From Eledone cirrhosa (lineage: Eukaryota): a stretch of 64,000 bases of DNA. The notes under the pieces were generated by a model. The model saw nothing but the letters and a program-made list of their open reading frames with translations, was not told the origin of the DNA and ran no database searches. Location of the stretch: NCBI GenBank assembly GCA_964016885.1, contig CAXHJY010000096.1, positions 2,604,001 through 2,668,000 on the forward strand, read 5' to 3'. Position numbers and translations under genes: made by a program. Positions 53,201-64,000 of the stretch are shown here, piece by piece (position 1 is the stretch's first letter; the number at the start of each line of letters is the position of its first letter).

Positions 53201-56200
53201 ATAAATTCCAGCCTCCAAGGGGAGATAATTTCCAGCCAGCCAAGGGGAGATAATTTGTAAAAAAATCAGGGGGAGATAATTTGTAAAAAAAATCAGGGGG
53301 AGATAATTTGTAAAAAAAAATCAGGGGGAGATAATTTGTAAAAAAAAATCAGGGGGAGATAATTTGCAAAAAAAATCAGGGGGAGATAATTTGTAAAAAA
53401 AAATCAGGGGTAGATAATTTGTAAAAAAAAATCAGGGGGAGATAATTTGTAAAAAAAAATCAGGGGGAGATAATTTGTAAAAAAAATCAAGGGGAGATAA
53501 TTTCCAGCCGTCCAAGGAGAGATAATTTAAAAAAAAATCAGGCGGAGATAATTTGTAAAAAAAAATCAGGGGGAGATAATTTGTAAAAAAAAATCAGGGG
53601 GAGATAATTTGTAAAAAAAAATCAGGGGGAGATAATTTGTAAAAAAAATCAGGAGGAGATAATTTGTAAAAAAAATCAAGGGGAGATAATTTCCAGCCGT
53701 CCAAGGAGAGATAATTTAAAAAAAAATCAGGCGGAGATAATTTGTAAAAAAAAATCAGGGGGAGATAATTTGTAAAAAAAAATCAGGGGGAGATAATTTG
53801 TAAAAAAAATCAAGGGGAGATAATTTCCAGCCGTCCAAGGGGAGATAATTTTCAGCCGTCCAAGGGGAGATAATTTCCCGCCAGCCAAGGGAAGATAATA
53901 TTCAAAAAAATCAGGCGGAGATAATTTGTAAAAAAATCAGGGGGAGATAATTTGTAAAAAAATCAGGGGGAGATAATTTGTAAAAAAAAAAATCAGGGGG
54001 AGATAATTTTTAAAAAAAATCAGGGGGAGATAATTTGTAAAAAAAAATCAGGGGTAGATAATTTGTAAAAAAAAATCAGGGGGAGATAATTTGTAAAAAA
54101 AAATCAGGGGGAGATAATTTGTAAAAAAAATGAAAGGGGAGATAATATCCAGCCGTCCAAGGGGAGATAATTTCCAGCCGTCCAAGGGGAGATAATTTCC
54201 AGCCGTCCAAGTGGAGATAATTTCCATCCTTCCAAGGGGATATAATTTCCAGCCGTCCAAGGGGAGATAATTTCCATCCTTCCAAGGGGATATAATTTCC
54301 AGCCGTCCAAGGGGAGATAATTTTCAGCCGTCCAAGGAGAGGTAATTTCTAGCCGTCCAAGGAGAGATAATTTCCAGCCGTCCAAGGGGAGATAATTTCC
54401 AGCCGTCCAAGGGGAGATAATTTCCAGCCGTCCAAGGAGACATATTTTCCAGCCGTCCAAGGAGAGGTAATTCCTAGCCGTCCAAGGGGAGATAAATTCC
54501 AGCCTCCAAGGGGAGATAATTTCCAGCCAGCCAAGGGGAGATAATTTGTAAAAAAAATCAGGGGGAGATAATTTGTAAAAAAAATCAGGGGGAGATAATT
54601 TGTAAAAAAAAATCAGGGGGAGATAATTTGTAAAAAATAATCAGGGGGAGATAATTTGTAAAAAAAATCAAGGGGAGATAATTTCCAGCCGTCCAAGGGG
54701 AGATAATTTTCAGCCGTCCAAGGGGAGATAATTTCCCGCCAGCCAAGGGAAGATAATATTTAAAAAAATTAGGCGGAGATAATTTGTAAAAAAAATCAGG
54801 GGGAGATAATTTGTAAAAAAATCAGGGGGAGATAATTTGTAAAAAAAATCAGGGGGAGATAATTTGTAAAAAAAATCAGGGGGAGATAATTTGTAAAAAA
54901 AAATCAGGGGGAGATAATTTGTAAAAAAAATCAAGGGGAGATAATTTCCAGCCGTCCAAGGGAAGATAATTTCCAGCCCTCCAAGGGGCTATAATTTCCA
55001 GCGTCCAAGGGGAGATAATTTCCAGCCAGCGAAGGGGAGATAATTTTTTTTAAAAAATCATTGGGAGATTTGTAAAAAAAATCAGGGGGAGATAATTTGT
55101 AAAAAAAATCAAGGGGAGATAATTTCCAGCCGTCCAAGGGGAGGTAATATCTAGCCGTCCAAGGGGAGATAATTTCCAGCCGTCCAAGGGGAGATAATTT
55201 CCAGCCGTCCAAGGGTAGATAATATCCAGCCGTCCAAGGACATATTTTCCAGCCGTCCAAGGAGAGGTAATTTCTAGCCGTCCAAGGGGAGATAAATTCC
55301 AGCCTCCAAGGTGAGATAATTTCCAGCCAGCCAAGGGGAGATAATTTGTAAAAAAATCAGGGGGAGATAATTTGTAAAAAAAATCAGGGGGAGATAATTT
55401 GTAAAAAAAAATCAGGGGGAGATAATTTGTAAAAAAAATCAGGGGGAGATAATTTGTAAAAAAAAATCAGGGGGAGATAATTTGTAAAAAAAATCAAGGG
55501 GAGATAATTTCCAGCCGTCCAAGGGGAGATAATTTCCCGCCAGCCAAGGGAAGATAATATTTAAAAAAATCAGGCGGAGATAATTTGTAAAAAAAATCAG
55601 GGGGAGATAATTTGTAAAAAAATCAGGGGGAGATAATTTGTAAAAAAAAAATCAGGGGGAGATAATTTGTAAAAAAAATCAGGGGGAGATAATTTGTAAA
55701 AAAAAATCAGGGGTAGATAAATTGTAAAAAAAAATCAGGGGGAGATAATTTGTAAAAAAAATCAGGGGGAGATAATTTGTAAAAAAAATGAAAGGGGAGA
55801 TAATATCCAGCCGTCCAAGGGGAGATAATTTCCAGCCGTCCAAGGGGAGATAATTTCCAGCCGTCCAAGGGGAGATAATTTCCATCCTTCCAAGGGGATA
55901 TAATTTCCAGCCGTCCAAGGGGAGATAATTTCCCGCCAGCCAAGGGAAGATAATTTTTAAAAAAATCAGGCGGAGATTGTAAAAAAAATCAGGGGGGAGA
56001 TAATTTGTAAAAAAATCAGGGGGAGATAATTTGTAAAAAATAATCAGGGGGAGATAATTTGTAAAAAAAAATCAAGGGGAGATAATTTCCAGCCGTCCAA
56101 GGGGAGATAATTTCCCGCCAGCCAAGGGAAGATAATATTTAAAAAAATTAGGCGGAGATAATTTGTAAAAAAAATCAGGGGGAGATAATTTGTAAAAAAA

Positions 56201-59200
56201 TCAGGGGGAGATAATTTGTAAAAAAAATCAGGGGGAGATAATTTGTAAAAAAAATCATGGGGAGATAATTTGTAAAAAAAAATCAGGGGTAGATAATTTG
56301 TAAAAAAAAATCAGGGGGAGATAATTTGTAAAAAAAAATCAGGGGGAGATAATTTGTAAAAAAAATCAAGGGGAGATAATTTCCAGCCGTCCAAGGGGAG
56401 ATAATTTTCAGCTGTCCAAGGAGAGGTAATTTCTAGCCGTCCAAGGGGAGATAATTTCCAGCCGTCCAAGGGGAGGTAATTTCCAGCCGTCCAAGGGGAG
56501 ATAATTTTAAAAAAAAAATCAGGCGGAGATAATTTGTAAAAAAAATCAAGGGGAGATAATTTGCAGCCGTCCAAGGGGAGATAATTTTCAGTCGTCCAAG
56601 GAGAGGTAATTTCTAGCCGTCCAAGAGGAGATAATTGCCAGCCGTCCAAGGGGAGATAATTTCCAGCCGTCCAAGGGGAGATAATTTTTTTTAAAAAATC
56701 AGGCGGAGATAATTTGTAAAAAAAATCAGGGGGAGATAATTTGTAAAAAAAATCAGGGGGAGATAATTTGTAAAAAAAAATCAGGGGTAGATAATTTGTA
56801 AAAAAAAATCAGGGGGAGATAATTTGTAAAAGAAATCAAGGGGAGATAATTTCCAGCCGTCCAAGGGAAGATAATTTCCAGCCCTCCAAGGGGCTATAAT
56901 TTCCAGCGTCCAAGGGGAGATAATTTCCAGCCAGCGAAGGGGAGATAATTTTTAAAAAAAAATCATTGGGAGATTTGTAAAAAAAATCAGGGGGAGATAA
57001 TTTGTAAAAAAAATCAAGGGGAGATAATTTCCAGCCGTCCAAGGGGAGGTAATATCTAGCCGTCCAAGGGTAGATAATTTCCAGCCGTCCAACGGGAGAT
57101 AATTTCCAGCCGTCCAAGGGTAGATAATATCCAGCCGCCCAAGGACATATTTTCCAGCCGTCCAAGGAGAGGTAATTTCTAGCCGTCCAAGGGGAGATAA
57201 TTTCCAGCCGTCCAAGGGTAGATAATATCCAGCCGTCCAAGGACATATTTTCCAGCCGTCCAAGGAGAGGTAATTTCTAGCCGTCCAAGGGGAGATAAAT
57301 TCCAGCCTCCAAGGGGAGATAATTTCCAGCCAGCCAAGGGGAGATAATTTGTAAAAAAATCAGGGGGAGATAATTTGTAAAAAAAATCAGGGGGAGATAA
57401 TTTGTAAAAAAAAATCAGGGGGAGATAATTTGTAAAAAAAAATCAGGGGGAGATAATTTGCAAAAAAAATCAGGGGGAGATAATTTGTAAAAAAAAATCA
57501 GGGGTAGATAATTTGTAAAAAAAAATCAGGGGGAGATAATTTGTAAAAAAAAATCAGGGGGAGATAATTTGTAAAAAAAATCAAGGGGAGATAATTTCCA
57601 GCCGTCCAAGGAGAGATAATTTTAAAAAAAATCAGGCGGAGATAATTTGTAAAAAAAAATCAGGGGGAGATAATTTGTAAAAAAAAATCAGGGGGAGATA
57701 ATTTGTAAAAAAAAATCAGGGGGAGATAATTTGTAAAAAAAATCAGGAGGAGATAATTTGTAAAAAAAATCAAGGGGAGATAATTTCCAGCCGTCCAAGG
57801 AGAGATAATTTAAAAAAAAATCAGGCGGAGATAATTTGTAAAAAAAAATCAGGGGGAGATAATTTGTAAAAAAAAATCAGGGGGAGATAATTTGTAAAAA
57901 AAATCAAGGGGAGATAATTTCCAGCCGTCCAAGGGGAGATAATTTTCAGCCGTCCAAGGGGAGATAATTTCCCGCCAGCCAAGGGAAGATAATATTCAAA
58001 AAAATCAGGCGGAGATAATTTGTAAAAAAAATCAGGGGGAGATAATTTGTAAAAAAATCAGGGGGAGATAATTTGTAAAAAAAAAAATCAGGGGGAGATA
58101 ATTTTTAAAAAAAATCAGGGGGAGATAATTTGTAAAAAAAAATCAGGGGTAGATAATTTGTAAAAAAAAATCAGGGGGAGATAATTTGTAAAAAAAAATC
58201 AGGTGGAGATAACTTGTAAAAAAAATGAAAGGGGAGATAATATCCAGCCGTCCAAGGGGAGATAATTTCCAGCCGTCCAAGGGGAGATAATTTCCAGCCG
58301 TCCAAGGGGAGATAATTTCCATCCTTCCAAGGGGATATAATTTCCAGCCGTCCAAGGGGAGATAATTTCCATCCTTCCAAGGGGATATAATTTCCAGCCG
58401 TCCAAGGGGAGATAATTTTCAGCCGTCCAAGGAGAGGTAATTTCTAGCCGTCCAAGGAGAGATAATTTCCAGCCGTCCAAGGGGAGATAATTTCCAGCCG
58501 TCCAAGGGGAGATAATTTCCAGCCGTCCAAGGAGACATATTTTCCAGCCGTCCAAGGAGAGGTAATTCCTAGCCGTCCAAGGGGAGATAAATTCCAGCCT
58601 CCAAGGGGAGATAATTTCCAGCCAGCCAAGGGGAGATAATTTGTAAAAAAAATCAGGGGGAGATAATTTGTAAAAAAAATCAGGGGGAGATAATTTGTAA
58701 AAAAAAATCAGGGGGAGATAATTTGTAAAAAATAATCAGGGGGAGATAATTTGTAAAAAAAATCAAGGGGAGATAATTTCCAGCCGTCCAAGGGGAGATA
58801 ATTTTCAGCCGTCCAAGGGGAGATAATTTCCCGCCAGCCAAGGGAAGATAATATTTAAAAAAATTAGGCGGAGATAATTTGTAAAAAAAATCAGGGGGAG
58901 ATAATTTGTAAAAAAATCAGGGGGAGATAATTTGTAAAAAAAATCAGGGGGAGATAATTTGTAAAAAAAATCAGGGGGAGATAATTTGTAAAAAAAAATC
59001 AGGGGGAGATAATTTGTAAAAAAAATCAAGGGGAGATAATTTCCAGCCCTCCAAGGGAAGATAATTTCCAGCCCTCCAAGGGGCTATAATTTCCAGCGTC
59101 CAAGGGGAGATAATTTCCAGCCAGCGAAGGGGAGATAATTTTTTTTAAAAAATCATTGGGAGATTTGTAAAAAAAATCAGGGGGAGATAATTTGTAAAAA

Positions 59201-60108
59201 AAAATAAGGGGAGATAATTTCCAGCCGTCCAAGGGGAGGTAATATCTAGCCGTCCAAGGGGAGATAATTTCCAGCCGTCCAAGGGGAGATAATTTCCAGC
59301 CGTCCAAGGGTAGATAATATCCAGCCGTCCAAGGACATATTTTCCAGCCGTCCAAGGAGAGGTAATTTCTAGCCGTCCAAGGGGAGATAAATTCCAGCCT
59401 CCAAGGTGAGATAATTTCCAGCCAGCCAAGGGGAGATAATTTGTAAAAAAATCAGGGGGAGATAATTTGTAAAAAAAATCAGGGGGAGATAATTTGTAAA
59501 AAAAAATCAGGGGGAGATAATTTGTAAAAAAAATCAGGGGGAGATAATTTGTAAAAAAAAATCAGGGGGAGATAATTTGTAAAAAAAATCAAGGGGAGAT
59601 AATTTCCAGCCGTCCAAGGGGAGATAATTTCCCGCCAGCCAAGGGAAGATAATATTTAAAAAAATCAGGCGGAGATAATTTGTAAAAAAAATCAGGGGGA
59701 GATAATTTGTAAAAAAATCAGGGGGAGATAATTTGTAAAAAAAATCAGGGGGAGATAATTTGTAAAAAAAAATCAGGGGTAGATAAATTGTAAAAAAAAA
59801 TCAGGGGGAGATAATTTGTAAAAAAAATCAGGGGGAGATAATTTGTAAAAAAAATGAAAGGGGAGATAATATCCAGCCGTCCAAGGGGAGATAATTTCCA
59901 GCCGTCCAAGGGGAGATAATTTCCAGCCGTCCAAGGGGAGATAATTTCCATCCTTCCAAGGGGATATAATTTCCAGCCGTCCAAGGGGAGATAATTTCCC
60001 GCCAGCCAAGGGAAGATAATTTTTAAAAAAATCAGGCGGAGATTGTAAAAAAAATCAGGGGGGAGATAATTTGTAAAAAAATCAGGGGGAGATAATTTGT
60101 AAAAAAAA
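35392..60108 (+). repeat. Near-identical tandem duplication, period 12342 bp
   Basis: ORF offsets are 12342 throughout (37225->49567, 40400->52742, 43337->55679, 47403->59745). Shared private variants: cagggagggat (35510/47851), ggagaaataa plus ggcggatata (~39100-39130/51442-51472), aaaataagggg (~46861/59203). Confidence 0.93.
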
Positions 60109-61748
60109 ATCAGGGGGAGATAATTTGTAAAAAATAATCAGGGGGAGATAATTTGTAAAAAAAATCAAGGGGAGATAATTTCCAGCCGTCCAAGGGGAGA
60201 TAATTTTCAGCCGTCCAAGGGGAGATAATTTTCAGCCGTCCAAGGAGAGGTAATTTCTAGCCGTCCAAGGGGAGATAATTTCCAGCCGTCCAAGGGGAGG
60301 TAATTTCCAGCCGTCCAAGGGGAGATAAATTAAAAAAAAAATCAGGCGGAGATAATTTGTAAAAAAAATCAAGGGGAGATAATTTGCAGCCGTCCAATGG
60401 GAGATAATTTTCAGTCGTCCAAGGAGAGGTAATTTCTAGCCGTCCAAGGGGAGATAATTTCCAGCCGTCCAAGGGGAGATAATTTCCAGCCGTCCAAGGG
60501 GAGATAATTTTTTTTTAAAAATCAGGCGGAGATAATTTGTAAAAAAAATCAGGGGGAGATAATTTGTAAACAAAATCAGAGGGAGATAATTTGTAAAAAA
60601 AAATCAGGGGGAGATAATTTGTAAAAAAAATTAGGCGTAGATAATTTGTAAAAAAAAATCAGGGGGAGATAATTTGTAAAAAAAATCAGGGGGAGATAAT
60701 TTGTTTAAAAAATCAAGGGGAGATAATTTGCAGCCGTCCAAGGGGAGATAATTTTCAGCCGTCCAAGGAGAGGTAATTTCTAGCCGTTCAAGGGGAGATA
60801 AATTCCAGCCGTCCAAGGGGAGATAATTTCCAGCCGTCCAAGGGGAGATAATTTTTTTTAAAAAATCAGGCGGAGATAATTTGTAAAAAAAAATCAGGGG
60901 GAGATAATTCGTAAAAAAAAATCAGGGGGAGATAATTTGTAAAAAAAAATCAGGGGGAGATAATTTGTAAAAAAAATCAAGGGGAGATAATTTCCAGCCG
61001 TCCAAGGGGAGGTAATATCTAGCCGTCCAAGGGGAGATAATTTCCAGCCGTCCAAGGGGAGATAATTTCCAGCCGTCCAAGGGGAGATAATTTCCAGCCG
61101 TCCAAGGAGACATATTTTCCAGCCGTCCAAGGCGAGGTAATTTCTAGCCGTCCAAGGGGAGATAAATTCCAGCCTCCAAGGGGAGATAATTTCCAGCCAG
61201 CCAAGGGGAGATAATTTGTAAAAAAATCAGGGGGAGATAATTTGTAAAAAATATCAGGGAGATAATTTGTAAAAAAAAATCAGGGGGAGATAATTTGTAA
61301 AAAAAATCAGGGGGAGATAATTTGTAAAAAAAAATCAGGGGGAGATAATTTGTAAAAAAAATCAAGGGGAGATAATTTCCAGCCGTCCAAGGGGAGATAA
61401 TTTTCAGCCGTCCAAGGAGAGGTAATTTCTAGCCGTCCGAGGAGAGATAATTTCCAGCCGTCCAAGGGGAGATAATTTCCAGCCGTCCAAGGGGAGATAA
61501 TATCCAGCCGTCCAAGGACATATTTTCCAGCCGTCCAAGGAGAGGTAATTTCTAGCCGTCCAAGGGGAGATAATTTCCAGCCAGCCAAGGGGAGATAATT
61601 TGTAAAAAAATCAGGGGGAGATAATTTGCAAAAAAAATCAGGGGGAGATAATTTGTAAAAAAATCAGGGGGAGATAATTTGTAAAAAATAATCAGGGGGA
61701 GATAATTTCCAGCCGTCGAAGGGGAGATAATTTAAAAAAAAATCAGGC

Positions 61749-64000
61749 GGAGATAATTTGTAAAAAAAAATCAGGGGGAGATAATTTGTAAAAAAAAATC
61801 AGGGGGAGATAATTTGTAAAATAAATCAAGGGGAGATAATTTCCAGCCGTCCAAGGGGAGATAATTTTCAGCCGTCCAAGGGGAGATAATTTCCCGCCAG
61901 CCAAGGGAAGATAATATTTAAAAAAATCAGGCGGAGATAATTTGTAAAAAAAATCAGGGGGAGATAATTTGTAAAAAAATCAGGGGGAGATAATTTGTAA
62001 AAAAAAATCAGGGGGCGATAATTTGTAAAAAAAATCAGGGGGAGATAATTTGTAAAAAAAAATCAGGGGGAGATAATTTGTAAAAAAAAATCAGGGGGAG
62101 ATAATTTGTAAAAAAAATGAAAGGGGAGATAATATCCAGCCGTCCAAGGGGAGATAATTTCCAGCCGTCCAAGGGGAGATAATTTCCAGCCGTCCAAGGG
62201 GAGATAATTTCCATCCTTCCAAGGGGATATAATTTCCAGCCGTCCAAGGGGAGATAATTTCCATCCTTCCAAGGGGATATAATTTCCAGCCGTCCAAGGG
62301 GAGATAATTTTCAGCCGTCCAAGGAGAGGTAATTTCTAGCCGTCCAAGGAGAGATAATTTCCAGCCGTCCAAGGGGAGATAATTTCCAGCCGTCCAAGGG
62401 GAGATAATTTCCAGCCGTCCAAGGAGACATATTTTCCAGCCGTCCAAGGAGAGGTAATTCCTAGCCGTCCAAGGGGAGATAAATTCCAGCCTCCAAGGGG
62501 AGATAATTTCCAGCCAGCCAAGGGGAGATCATTTGTAAAAAAAATCAGGGGGAGATAATTTGTAAAAAAAATCAGGGGGAGATAATTTGTAAAAAAAAAT
62601 CAGAGGGAGATAATTTGTAAAAAATAATCAGGGGGAGATAATTTGTAAAAAAAATCAAGGGGAGATAATTTCCAGCCGTCCAAGGGGAGATAATTTTCAG
62701 CCGTCCAAGGGGAGATAATTTCCCGCCAGCCAAGGGAAGATAATATTTAAAAAAATTAGGCGGAGATAATTTGTAAAAAAAATCAGGGGGAGATAATTTG
62801 TAAAAAAATCAGGGGGAGATAATTTGTAAAAAAAATCAGGGGGAGATAATTTGTAAAAAAAAATCAGGGGTAGATAATTTGTAAAAAAAAATCAGGGGGA
62901 GATAATTTGTAAAAAAAATCAGGGGGAGATAATTTGTAAAAAAAATCAGGGGGAGATAATTTGTAAAAAAAAATCAGGGGTAGATAATTTGTAAAAAAAA
63001 ATCAGGGGGAGATAATTTGTAAAAAAAATCAAGGGGAGATAATTTCCAGCCGTCCAAGGGAAGATAATTTCCAGCCCTCCAAGGGGCTATAATTTCCAGC
63101 GTCCAAGGGGAGATAATTTCCAGCCAGCGAAGGGGAGATAATTTTTTTTTCAAAATCATTGGGAGATTTGTAAAAAAAATCAGGGGGAGATAATTTGTAA
63201 AAAAAATCAAGGGGAGATAATTTCCAGCCGTCCAAGGGGAGGTAATATCTAGCCGTCCAAGGGGAGATAATTTCCAGCCGTCCAAGGGTAGATAATATCC
63301 AGCCGTCCAAGGACATATTTTCCAGCCGTCCAAGGAGAGGTAATTTCTAGCCGTCCAAGGGGAGATAAATTCCAGCCTCCAAGGGGAGATAATTTCCAGC
63401 CAGCCAAGGGGAGATAATTTGTAAAAAAATCAGGGGGAGATAATTTGTAAAAAAAATCAGGGGGAGATAATTTGTAAAAAAAAATCAGGGGGAGATAATT
63501 TGTAAAAAAAAATCAGGGGGAGATAATTTGTAAAATAAATCAAGGGGAGATAATTTCCAGCCGTCCAAGGGGAGATAATTTTCAGCCGTCCAAGGGGAGA
63601 TAATTTCCCGCCAGCCAAGGGAAGATAATATTTAAAAAAATCAGGCGGAGATAATTTGTAAAAAAAATCAGGGGGAGATAATTTGTAAAAAAATCAGGGG
63701 GAGATAATTTGTAAAAAAAAATCAGGGGGCGATAATTTGTAAAAAAAATCAGGGGGAGATAATTTGTAAAAAAAAATCAGGGGGAGATAATTTGTAAAAA
63801 AAAATCAGGGGGAGATAATTTGTAAAAAAAATGAAAGGGGAGATAATATCCAGCCGTCCAAGGGGAGATAATTTCCAGCCGTCCAAGGGGAGATAATTTC
63901 CAGCCGTCCAAGGGGAGATAATTTCCATCCTTCCAAGGGGATATAATTTCCAGCCGTCCAAGGGGAGATAATTTCCATCCTTCCAAGGGGATATAATTTC
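61749..64000 (+). repeat. Tandem duplication, period 1714 bp, second copy cut by the window end
   Basis: Private variants at offset 1714: gggggcgata 62016/63730 and tgtaaaataaat 61822/63536. ORF offset 62035->63749 agrees. Confidence 0.88.

Larger units (their letters stand above)
1..64000 (+). repeat. Composite two-monomer satellite DNA array (A ~27-28 bp, B 25 bp), head-to-tail, running off both window ends
   Basis: The core GGGGAGATAATTT or a near variant recurs every 23-30 bp from position 1 to 64000. I saw no unique-sequence interruption and no inverted monomer. Confidence 0.98.

Noticed and set aside
645-63986. Numerous minus-strand ORFs (60-198 aa) with LDGWKLSPLGRLEIISPWTAGNYLP / FFTNYLPLI / DFFYKLSPP repeats
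   Set aside because: The reverse complement of the 25-bp B unit has no stop codon in any frame, so B blocks automatically read as a 25-aa repeat in all three frames. The ORFs overlap, mostly start at TTG/CTG-type codons, and change frame with A-tract length. There is no sign of codon-level constraint, so they are not called as CDS.
1-64000. CRISPR-like repeat-spacer appearance
   Set aside because: The constant part is only 13-16 bp and the 'spacers' are 9-14 bp of just two types rather than unique sequences. There is no leader and no cas gene.
1-64000. Telomerase-synthesised telomeric repeat (G-rich strand, ~25-bp unit as in some budding yeasts)
   Set aside because: Multi-kb higher-order structure with faithfully inherited point variants indicates DNA-templated duplication, not repeated copying of one RNA template. 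I see no match to a telomeric motif I know. A subtelomeric location cannot be excluded.
1-64000. Tandem poly(A)-tailed retroposons or transposon remnants
   Set aside because: The A-tracts are short internal parts of the monomer. There are no target-site duplications, terminal inverted repeats, pol III boxes or coding remnants.
1-64000. Sequencing or amplification concatemer, or synthetic DNA
   Set aside because: Position-specific variants and homopolymer lengths recur at exact multi-kb offsets in a nested hierarchy, which fits an evolved array. I recognise no adapter or vector sequence. Individual large duplications still need read validation.

Overview
The whole 64-kb window is one uninterrupted, single-orientation composite tandem-repeat (satellite) array, roughly 2,400 monomers (64,000/~26.5 bp, estimate). 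It most likely comes from a eukaryote, but the host cannot be identified from the sequence. Two monomers share a 13-bp core, GGGGAGATAATTT. Type A is CAGGGGGAGATAATTTGT(A)7-11T (26-30 bp, ~30% GC). Type B is CAAGGGGAGATAATTTCCAGCCGTC (25 bp, 52% GC). Blocks of A and B alternate through stereotyped junction monomers. Diagnostic variants define recurring cassettes, an apparent ~7-kb higher-order unit, and nested tandem duplications with periods of 745, 851, 1714, ~3343, 4795 and 12342 bp. I found no genes, RNA genes, transposons or CRISPR arrays; all listed ORFs are by-products of the repeat. The most unusual signals are the 'constant core + two alternative tails' grammar and T(n)A(m) junctions whose boundary slides while total length stays fixed. 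All comparisons were done by eye or from ORF-coordinate offsets, so breakpoints are approximate.
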